From contig JBHGNT010000022.1 in assembly GCA_043228905.1 (NCBI GenBank), positions 11,346,001-11,410,000 on the forward strand: a stretch of 64,000 nt of DNA, in the 5' to 3' direction. How positions within the stretch are numbered: the stretch's first letter is position 1; each line of letters opens with the position of its first letter. This document shows, in pieces, positions 40,037-51,358 of the stretch. The notes below the pieces were generated by a model. It searched no databases and was not told the DNA's origin. It saw only the letters and a list, made by a program, of their open reading frames with translations. Both the position numbers and the translations under genes were made by a program. The DNA comes from Azolla caroliniana. Its lineage: Eukaryota; Plantae; Polypodiophyta.

Positions 40037-41557
40037 ATTATACACCTTTATGATCGAAAAGATGATTTCTCTTCAGTCTAATACAGAGTCTGTTGCAAGA
40101 TATTTAGATTTGGTTGTCGAATCGGTATGACCTTCTCCCAAACATTAGAAATGCTCCCGCAAACATTCATTCTTATTACATTTCTTCGTCTATCTTTTTT
40201 TATAGATAGAATCATAGTATGTAATATACTCCAATGCATTGGCAAACATTCCTTTTCATACGAATTCAAACGAATGCGTATGTTTTCAGAACGTACTTGT
40301 GTTTTGTTTTGTTTTGTTTTTTTAACACTTTCTTACCTTCAATTTTTTTTTTTGTAACCTTATAATAAATAATGAGTACAAAAGTATAGTATTTACCATA
40401 CTTCGAAGGGTGTTTACCATACTCGAAGGGATCGAAACATTCTCGAGAATGCGAATGCGAATGCTACGTATGATACGTATGGTTCATTCATACTATGGGA
40501 CTCAATAGAATCATAGAAGAAACCATTTTCACTATTCACTATTCACAATTTCTTCTTTTATTTGCTCTTTCTCTGTTTTTTCCTCTCTCTGTTTCCCTAA
40601 CACAGACAGAACAGAGAGAGTCAAGCCACAGACAAGAAACAGAGTACATTCAGAAGCCCACTCAGTCTCTTTTAGCTTCCATGGATATCTCCAGGCTCCT
40701 TCCACAACGATGGAGATGATGATAATGATGATGATGATGATGATGATGGTGTGATTTCTTCTTGTTTCCTGTCGTTTGCTGCTAGATGGATGCCTAGCAA
40801 ATTACTCCCATCTCAGCACCTTTCGGGTATTCTATGCTTTCTGTCTGTATTATCTTCGTGTATATATATATATTTTTTCTCTTCTCTTTGTTTTTCATTT
40901 CGAGGAAGAAATGCCTGTTGTGCATTTCCTTGCTGAAACTCATACTTGATCAATCCACACACACACACACAAAAGATTGAAGGAGGCTATATCCTTGCTG
41001 AATTTCTGTTTTTTTGCTGCAATTGATGTGAATACATAAAACCCAACTTAGGTTTTCTCTGCATGTACTTATCTATAAATGGATTTTCCACACATGAAGA
41101 ATCTTGAGATAAGCTTGGACCATGCATATGGCTTCCCCTTGTGAAAGATTTTGGCCAACTACAGGTCTAGCGATGTGCTCATGATGGTTTCGAAGTATTT
41201 CATACAAGTGATCTCTCTGTGTGCGTTATAATCCTGATTCCCAAAAAATTAGATTTGCACAAGATCCAGAATGCGGACCCAAAAATATTTGCATGAATCT
41301 GTACATGCTGCCTCTCATCTTTTGATGGAGAATATTAAAGAAACGACCTGAATGCCCATTTTGTGATAATGGTGAGAATCCATTCAATTATTAAGTTTTT
41401 TTCTTTGAGAATTAAAGGTGGCCTTTTCACATGTACTATGATAATCCAACTGGAGTATATCTTTGATATTTGTTTGTTCTCTTGATATGGTGTATACTTT
41501 TAGTTCTTCTCTGCAGTATCAGCAAGAGAGAGAGAAATCAAGATTGAAGCTTGAGCC

Positions 41558-44500
41558 ATGAGTTCAAGTACAAGTACCGAGCCTTATCGTAGGTAAGGAA
41601 CCTTTTCATGGAATGACATATAGAGGAAGGGGGATAGGGATAGGGAAAACGGATAGCAGAGAGCAGAGAGCAGAGAGAGATAGAGATGTGTTATTTTTCT
41701 TCAGGTTGGTGAAGCTAGTTGCAAGAGCATTCTATGATGATGATGTAAATGCGAAAGGAACAAATAAGCCAAAACCTGAGAAGTCTGACAATCGTGGCAT
41801 TGCTGTAGTCGTTCTTGATGCATTGACCAGGTTTCTTCTTTTTCTGTTTTTGCAGTTTTATTTCCTTATTTTGTTAGGGATTATAGCTAGATTTTCAGTA
41901 TTAGCTTTATGCTTAGTATGTAAAGTACTCTTATTAAGTTGGATGGAGTTCCTTCTGAACAGAAACTATGATGTAGTGTACACAAAAAGGGAGAATGAGA
42001 CTGATATGAGCCCTTATTTTATATATTTTAAGCATAGTTCAGAGTAGGTAATAAATGCTGATTATCTGATTGCAGTGTCGCCAAATATTTCTTGATTATG
42101 TGAATTGAGAGAGGCTTTTGGAAAATGCTGAATTATGTTTGAATTGTTACAGGCGCCAATGGGTTAAAGAGGATGACTTGGCAAAAGATCTAAGGCTTCA
42201 TCCGAAACAGTTGCGGCGAACATTAAAGTTCTTGGAGGAAGAATCACTGATTGTGAGGGAGCATCGCCGTGAAGTAAGGAGTTGCGAATTCTTTTAAATA
42301 TAGCTAAATTTTAATGTGGAGATGCTTCTACAAATAGAGTTGCAGTCGTTTGTGATATGGCTTGTTAAGTTGAGACTTTAGGAGAATCTCATGTATTATG
42401 TCCTCATGTCTCTTTCCTAAAGGAAGGATAACTTATCGACAATGTACTTTGATTTGTTAAAGCTATGATTTTTTTATCATTCCACGAAGTCCTTACTCTA
42501 TGGAACAAAGAGCTATGCTCTGTGAGGGTTTTTGCATCTGGTGACTTCTCTGGCCATTCACTGTATGTTTGAATAACTTGCCTTAGTGGTTCTTCGTACT
42601 AGGGCTAAGGCAGTTTATTTCTGAAAATAGCTTGATCATGTGTCTTGCATTTTACCACACACACACACACACACGCTTGAGAGGAGAAATTTCCCATTCA
42701 CTCCTATCTCTGCTTAAAATGTGTTCGTGGAACAATATTTCCTTGGTTTTGACCAAATTCATCAGAAAATCGTTGTGTGGTGATAACATATTCATGTGAG
42801 TTTGTGGAATATATATAGTGTCACCTGAATAAGCTGCATTGAATCGTAGATATAGAAAGCGCCTGATAATGTATATCTTTTGTGTTACATTTGACAACTG
42901 CAAATATTTGCAGACAGTTAAAGGTGTGAAAGCATATAACGCAGCAATTGCTGCAACAAATGATGGATCAACAAGTCAGCGTGAAGGTGAAAAGCAAAAA
43001 ATGCACACCCACTCATATTGCTGTTTAGACTATGCACAGGCAAGTCATCTAGATCGTTGCCCTTGGATCTCTATATTCAGTTCAAGAAACCACGTTCATC
43101 TTACAGTGGACTGTACAGGTGTATGATATTGTGAGATATCGTATACATAGAGCAAAGAAAAAGATAAAAGATGAGCTGGAAGACAGGAACACTGTCCAGC
43201 ACTATATATGTCCAAACAGCAATTGTGCAAGAAGGTGAATTATTGGCTGCATAGGAGAAGGATATATAGTAATTCTTCTCAACTATATTTATACAAATGG
43301 TGTTGAGTTTCAAAATAATGCCACCAGGTATTCAGCGCTTGATGCGGTGCGTCTTATCAACCCTTTTGATGAAAATTTTCACTGTGAGAACTGTAATGCT
43401 GAGCTGGTTGCTGAGAGCGATAAGTTAGCAGCAGAGGAGCTTGGGGATGGAGAAGATAATGCAAGGCGACGGAGACGTGAGAAGCTCAAAGACCTTTATG
43501 AAAGGCTAGAGGTAAGAAGACACTGGGGTTTTGATTTATGGTATCTCAAATAAAATCTCCTCTTATACCTTTTTAATTGCAGAGGCAAGTCAAGCCACTG
43601 ATGGATCAGGTAATGAAAGTCAAAGATTTGACACCTCCTGATTATGGTACACTACTTGCATGGGAGGCACGGGCCATAGCATCGGGAAGGATCGCACCAA
43701 ATGGGGAATCTATTGCAAACTTACCAAAAGCATCCCATTCACAAGGAAACAGTGGAACACCCATGCCCTTTGTGGGTGAGACTAAGGTCAGGCTCTCATA
43801 AGTTGATATAGAGAAATCCATCTAGAATTGAGAGGTAAAGTTCTAAGATTAGAAGATGAATGCAGGTTGAAGTATCTCTTGCAGGAGTATCGATCAAAGA
43901 TGAGGACTCCAAAGATGGAAATAATGGAGCACCTCTGAAAGTACTCCCCCCATGGATGATTCGTGAAGGGATGAACTTGACCGCCGAGCAACGAGGTGAG
44001 GTGAAACAAGAGGCAATTTCTGAAGACAAGATGTCTGTTGGGGGCTCAGGATCCATGGATGGGAAGCCAGATTCCAAAGCACTCGAGGATGACAAGGAAG
44101 CAATACAACGGAAATTGCAGGTACATTGCTACATGATATTCTATTTTGGGTTAACTACATTCTTAATTTTTGTTTACCTTAATCATGCCCTTTCAGGAGG
44201 AGTATGCCAAAGCATATTATGCTGCCTTAATGCAGAGGCAACAAGAAGCATCGTTGTCTACTTCAGGTACCCAGTTGACAGTCCAACAAGAAGATGAGGC
44301 TCCAGATCGCGTGGTTGGTATGAAAGCCAAGCGAGAGAGCGAAGAGGAAGAAGAAGAGGGTGTTGAGTGGGAAGAATCAACTGGTACCAAAAATATAGAC
44401 CACTTCTGTGTTTTAAGTTTTAAAGATTCAAATCAAAGTTGTGTCTGTGAATGAATACTGCTGTCTTGATGGCTAGTAGCATGTAATACATCATATGAAG

Positions 44501-44629
44501 CTGCTGATGTGTTTTATTTCATGTGTGCTAGATGCCTATGGAACTTCGATTCCAGATAGTGGAGAGCCGGGTGGAGCCGATCAAGTGGGTGAGGAGGATG
44601 AGGAGGACATCGATTGGGAAGAGGGTTAG
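41558..44629 (+). CDS. TFIIE-alpha: General transcription factor IIE subunit alpha; exons 41558-41592, 41705-41830, 42153-42273, 42914-43039, 43119-43234, 43328-43511, 43583-43786, 43866-44120, 44197-44383, 44532-44629
   Basis: EPYRRLVKLVARAFYDD, RGIAVVVLDALTRRQWVKEDDLAKDL, HTHSYCCLDYAQ, zinc ribbon YICPNSNC...FHCENC, LPPWMI, acidic C-terminus DIDWEEG*; splice junctions preserve the frame. Confidence 0.93.
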
Positions 44630-45921
44630 GGTTAGGTTAGGTAGAGCTGAATTTCGACACAACACGGGGCTGTGTGTTATTATTATTGTTGGAACTTGTT
44701 GTGCATCATTCGTTGTGGGCTCACAGGTCTTGCACTTAGAACAAGTGTGCAAATATATTGTTGGGATGATCATAAATGTAATATGATTTCTTGAGCCACT
44801 ACTAATGGAATTCATTCATGATGATGTGGTGTATTTCTGTTGTACTGCATTTTTGTATACGAAGCATGATTGGCAGTGTCGGATATGTTAATGCTTGTTT
44901 ACTATGAGTATCTCAAGCATATTTTTTGTTGTTTGGTGATAGTGCACGAGGGTGTGGTTTGTGAAGAGGAGGGTGGTGGTGATTGCTGTTTGATGATGAG
45001 GGTTATGGTAGTAAAGTATGATCACCACTGATTGGTTAGGGTAGGGACATTGAAGGTTTCGATTGTTCGGGTTGCTTTCCTTGACCTAAACATGTAATCA
45101 GTTGTGCTCTAACTGCCTTCTTGTGCATTGTAGCTGCTTGTATCTGGTTCTAGACAATCAAGTGGTTTTGAGACCCTAGCTCTAATATATTTGTTCCAGA
45201 CAGCCAAGTGGAGAATGGTGTTTATTGATGATGGTTATGGCAAGATTAGTGTGGTCCTTAGTGAGTGGGTAGGGTGGGATGATAAAGGCTTTGATAATTT
45301 GGGTGGCTTTCGTTGACCTAAAGATGTAACCAATTGTGCTCTCACCTCTTCCTACTGAATTTGGCCGCATGTATCGGGTTTTGGACAATCAAATGGGTTT
45401 GCTACCCTAGTTCTTATTTTTATTTTGTATCCTATGTTATTTGGACACCTTTGCATGTATGTGTTGAAATGAACTCCCTTTGGAAGAAAAGTGTGATCCC
45501 TTGATGCTCTTAATATACCCCATTTAGTGATTTGCTTGAATTCAATGAAATATACAATTAGGTAAAAAATACTATCAATGTTGCGATCAAATGCAAGCTT
45601 TGGTTCATATAAAAAATGCTAAAACTACAAATGGTATAAATTTCACATCCCCATGATGTTTGGTACATGTGTAAGAGCTTGTTTGACAATAAAACACATT
45701 GCTTCTAGCTCTATAAATTGTTAAACATGTAAAGAAAATCAATAGAGAGATCACACAAATACACGCAATGTGTAGAAAAAAGCCCACACATTGAGGAAAA
45801 TTCGGGACAAGCATAACCAATCGTCATCCTTGAGAACAAAGAACGAGTGTCTTCAAGATTTGACATTGGAAAAAGTATGTACTGTAGACACTAGGCAACT
45901 AAAAGAGAGAGATTTGGCATC

Positions 45922-46054
45922 CACATAAGATGGAACTATCACATCCCTACAGGGATTTGTATTTAACACTCTCATTTGTAAAATTTTATAACTAATGGAA
46001 GGAGTTTTTTTTGGAAAAAGGAAAAAGGAAAAAGGAAAAAGGAAAAAGGAAAAG
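45922..46054 (+). mobile_element. Very short 5'-truncated LINE 3' end with a (GGAAAAA)n tail
   Basis: Matches 57090-57190 (cacataagatg...gggatttgta...tttataactaatggaaggagtttttt); flanked by 20-bp direct repeats aaagagagagatttggcatc / aaagagcgagacttggcatc (18/20). Confidence 0.8.
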
Positions 46055-46287
46055 AAAGAGCGAGACTTGGCATCAAATTGAATTTAGTGTGTATATGAGA
46101 AAGCAAATATGAAATGATAAATTGAATCTTCTGCTCATACAATGCAAATGTGAATAAATCGAATGAATATAATTGATGGATGCAACACATTCATCATAAA
46201 AACTTTGACCCAACCGATTTGATCTACTACATGAGCTCTCCCCCACGGATGAGACTTCCCCTAGTTCTTTCTTAAGCCCCAAGGAAC

Positions 46288-47024
46288 TGATAGGAACTAA
46301 ACGCTCCTTATGCGCAACGCTCGGCCACAACCGAGCTTAGAATCATACACAGAAAACGGGAAATAGATGTTCGACACAGAAAGAGAAGAGTACACAAGAT
46401 GTTTACGTGGAAAACCCAAACTAGGGAAAAAACCACGGCAGCCCACAGGCTACAAACTATCACTATGTTGGAATGTACAACAGTGAGTTCATGGAGGCAA
46501 CGACCTCGTGCTCACGATCTTCGCCACAGGCGGCGGTTACAATCAGAGGCAACGACCTCTTCCTCTCTCTCTCACTCTCTGTACACTGTTACGCACACAC
46601 TCTTCTTACACCAACAAGAAAATAACAACAAGAAAATAAAAACAACAAGAAAATAACAACAACTAGAAAATAACAACAACTACTAAGAGTTTGCCCTAAG
46701 TCATATTTATACTAATATGACTTTTCGGCTATTTACAAATATAGCCATAATGGATTCTCAGAAACATATTTACGAATATGTCTCTTCATCCGGTTCTCAC
46801 CGGGTCTGTACCATCCGGCTCTCCGTAGCTGGGTACTTGTCATCCGGTCTTCACCGGGTCTGTACCATCCGGCTCTCCGTAGCCGGGTACTCATCATCCG
46901 GTCTTCACCGGGTCTGTACCATCCGGCTCTCCGTAGCCGGGTACTCGTCATCCGGTTTCGGCACTGTTCTTCTCATCCGCACTGTTCTTCTCCCTTCCCA
47001 TCCGGAGGGACCTGTCTCCCAACA
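46288..47024 (-). mobile_element. Solo LTR (737 bp), probably Copia-type
   Basis: TG...CA ends; 5-bp TSD GGAAC on both sides; TATAAATA on the minus strand at ~46704-46711; 3x54-bp internal repeat; homologous to 61381-62087. Confidence 0.9.
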
Positions 47025-49403
47025 GGAACGACCTAAGGTGACACCAAGCACACAAGAGAAAGTTCTCGTTAAAGCTTACAAAACAAGGAAGTGAAGAAGG
47101 ATAAGTCATGTTAAGACCTTAATACAGAGCTTGAGCAGAACGACACCCAATGCAGAAGCAACAAACCAAGGTAGAAGTTTGAATGTCACGCCTCAGATCA
47201 TAGTCTTCCTAGACACAAATGAGTGTGATTCCTCTAGCCAACACCTTGAACCACACCCGCAAAACACCTTGAAATGGCTAGGTATAGGGCACAAGACATT
47301 GGAAAAATTAAGGGTACATGTATTAACGGTACACAATAGCGGAGTTTCGACGACCTCAATCTCCCTTCCACTCTTGCTTCCGTCATAGGAAGAGTGGTCG
47401 AAACCCAAGATTAAAGATACACTATGTAGCCAAGTAGCATGCTTTGTAGCAAAAATAAGAGATGAAAACCTCATGAACGAACTAAAGCAGCATTGGAATA
47501 ACACTGAATTCTGGTGCACCATGGATGAAGAGGAACCTCATCTCTACCACATCCACCTGCGGACTATCATAGACACCCAACTAACTCCAAGCTTTTTCTA
47601 TTTCTATGAGAAGCATGAAGGGGCGATTGAAGCTCACAAGATAGCCCACAAACTCCACTCATGGATGTGGACCATCATTCCATCAATGGAAATGACTGGA
47701 TGTCTAAATGGTGAGTGCTCCCCACTCATGGCATGTTGTGCAAAGCATCAAGCACAAATGACAATCTCCCACCCCATTCCATGAGTATGAAGATTGTAAC
47801 ATGGAATGTGCAAGGGCTCAGGAGTCGACTAGACCAACAAAACAGATGGAAGCTGAGAAGAGATCTTGAGGAATATATATTAGGGGGTGCTGCTGACATC
47901 ATCATGTTGCAGGAACACCACCTTGATAGTACTCTTTCAAAAGAAGTTAGAGATCTTTTACCAGGATCATGGCGAACAATTTGGGAGCCAACAATAGGGG
48001 AGGATGGAAATCATGGTGGTATTTGCACTTTGATTGGGGAACATCTAGCCTAAGGTTTAATACACCAAGAATAACTGATACCTGAAAGGGCCCATTTTTT
48101 GCACATTGGTCATCCAAGGGCAACGTTGGAATTTCATGAATGTTTATGCTCCAAATAGCAGCACAGAATGGGCAACATTCTGGGAGCACATTCGCCAACA
48201 AGTAGCGGGTGCAGAGGAGTGGTGCATTGGAGGGGATTTTAATATGATCAAATCCATTCATGATAGCTCTAACAACAACCCCATAATCCTACAAGGAAGG
48301 GAACATAAATAATGGGAGAAGTTATGTGTACACCTTAACTTGCGAGATATATGACATTCCAACATCTTCCAACGAAAAAGGGACTCTCTCTTATTCTCCC
48401 AATCAGATGGGCGAAATAGTGGACCCACCCTATCTCGCATCGACCGTCTTTATGTAGGCGAGGCCCTAGAAGCGAAGGGAGGGTGGTGTCGCATAACTCC
48501 AGTCATGACTTTCTCTTACCATTACCCGGTAATCGGTCACTTTCACTTGCACCGAAAGTGGGGTTCATTCCAACCTCGAATCCCACACATTATCTACACA
48601 GTTATAGAGGCGAAGGAACAACTCACCAACCAATGGTCACTACCCGTTAATGCCTCATTAGCATCTGACAAACTTCTAGCTAAATTATCAAGAGCTTCAA
48701 CTCTACTACACGAGATTGTCAAGACTAGAAGTAAGAATGCTCAAGAAAAGAGACAGAGGACAAAACAGGGACCAATAGCCTTACAACGACTCCAACAATG
48801 ATATCCGACATGTAGTTGGATCGTAGGACAGGTTGCCATGGCCAAACATGAACTCATCATGGTAGTAAAGGCAATCTATGACATGGAGTTTCATCGAAGC
48901 ATGGCTCGATGGATTCGAGTAGGGGACAAAACCACGAAGGAATTCTTCCGATCCAAGGGACCGAGGCACGCTAGAACAATGATGCATAGCCTCAACCGAG
49001 CGAATGGAACTACCATGGAGGATGGCGACGAAATGAGGAATATTGCCACAAGTTATTTTAAGCGACTACTTCCTGAAGTGAATATGGCCACAGGGGAAGA
49101 CATAAGAGAAGATATTATCGTCCAGAGCATACATGAGAAAGTCACGACGGAAATGAATACATGGCTCGTGCGTCCCCTATCGATCATCGAGATATGGGAG
49201 ACCCTCTCTGATTTGGATGTAGATAGTTGCCCTGGAATCGACGGCCTCACCCCTCACTTTTTCACGTGCCTTTGGGACACTATTAAAGAAGATCTTCTCC
49301 AAGCATATGAGGAGATCGTCACCTCTGGAAACATGCCAGAGGAATTTGGACAGGGAATTTGGATCGTCATCTCATTCCTAAAAGTGGTGGGAGTGCCAAT
49401 GAC

Positions 49404-49431
49404 CCTAAACCCTAAACCCTAAACCCTAAAC
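49404..49431. repeat. Four perfect telomeric repeats inserted in the LINE RT region
   Basis: (CCTAAAC)4 flanked by a direct duplication of CCAATGAC. Confidence 0.92.
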
Positions 49432-51358
49432 CCAATGACATTAGTAAGTGGCAGCCCATAACTCTCCTCAATACTGTCTATAAGTTGCTCGCAAAAATCG
49501 TGGCACGCCGCTTAGCACCTCTTCTCCCTCAGCTCATTCATCCGTCCCAGACAAGTTTTGTTAGAAATCAGAGCATCCTAGAAAACCTAGATTTTGGGAA
49601 GCAGTAGCCCTTGCCAAGCATCCCAACAATAGGGTAGCTGTGGTGCTCCTAGATTTTGAGAAAGCATATGACAGGGTATGCTGGAAATTTCTAGAAAGTG
49701 TGATGGGGAAACTCGGCTTTCACGAGTCATGGATCAAAGGCATTGCAGGACTTTATAGGAATGCCACCAACTGTGTTTCAGTAGCAGGTGAAAGGGGCCC
49801 TTTCTTCCAAATATTGCGGTCCGTACGACAGGGCTGCCCACTGGCTCCATCCTTATTTCTATTATATACCGAAGCTTACGTGGTCTTCGTGTGCCTCATT
49901 CTCACCAAAGCCTCCTAGATATAGAATTTGCAGATGACACTGCGGTCTACTTGCAAGGTGACTTGGAAAATTTACAAAAGCTAGAAAGTGGTTTAGACGC
50001 ATTTTGCAAGAGATCCAATGCATTGATTAATTGGCACAAATCCTATGCAATATGGCTCTCTCATGAAGCACATCCTACGTGGCACCCAGATCCCGCTTTC
50101 AAGTGGATCAATCAAGGAGCGAGCACCAAATATTTGGGTTTCCAAATTGGGTTCAACATACCTTCAGAGACTATGATTACACCAGTTATTCACTCCATTC
50201 GACAAAAGTTAATACATTAGAGTTTGAAAAAACCCTCGCTAATGGGGCGCATCATAGTGGCAAACCAAGTATTACTCGCAACAACATGGTACAACCTATC
50301 ATGTTGGGTCAAAATCTCCAAGAAAGTATACACTAGATTCAGCGACTGGTACGCAACTACATTTGGTATGGTAAGGAAGATCATACAACTCGGGCCAAGG
50401 TGGCGTGGCCTATACTCACCTCACCTAAGCCAAGAGGAGGATTGGGTCTTATTGATCCCCTCTCACAATCAAAATCCCTACTCGCCAAATTTGTGGTGTG
50501 AGGACTCCAACCAAGGAATGACTACTGGAAAATGTTACTACGGTTACGCTTTGCTTACTTTAGGCCACGAAAAGGGACCAATTGGGCCCCCAAACTGGAT
50601 GGATTCTAAACATGGATCTCAAACCTAGTTTCTGTCACCAACTGGAGGATAGATTTAGTGCATCCATGTGGAAGGCGTGGTGTGACATTAGACAAAGACT
50701 CAAGTGCGATCAACCCAAATTTGAACCTGCCTGGCTCAGTCAACATATCCTATGGAACCCATGTATTAGGGATGAATCTAATCAACTAATTGGATAAAGT
50801 AAGGGGCTGTCATGGGGATACATGTTGGAAGGTCCATGAAAAAGTATAGAATGTTGGAGACGGTTTATGTCATTGCCAATACAAGACCAAGCCAACATCC
50901 TCCATGGAATCAGGGGTGGATGGGCTATGAGATCTGAAATCATTAACGCTCTATTGATTAGGGAAGCTACTCATCAAAGGAGGACAACGGAGAAATGGAT
51001 AGGCTACAAGGAGGAGGGCTCTTTGATCCCAAGAGGTAGGGATACACCGGACAGGATCGAAGGCTCTAAAATGCAAGACAACAAGAGTTCAACACATCAT
51101 AAGGCAATCCGAGTACTAGCATATACTGAGCATAAATGGATTGTAGATCCTGATCCGATCAAAGTACAACCTGATTGGCACGTATGTACTCATGAAAACA
51201 CATGGCTATGTAAGGTCAGTTGGGACCTTTTGCAATGGACATGGTGTGATCCTTATGCGGGGCAAGGAAGCAAACCTATTCCTTTCTTTCAATTCACAAC
51301 AAGATTGGGTCGCCATATTATAACCGCTCAATATGCCCGAGCGCCATCTGTTGCAAAG

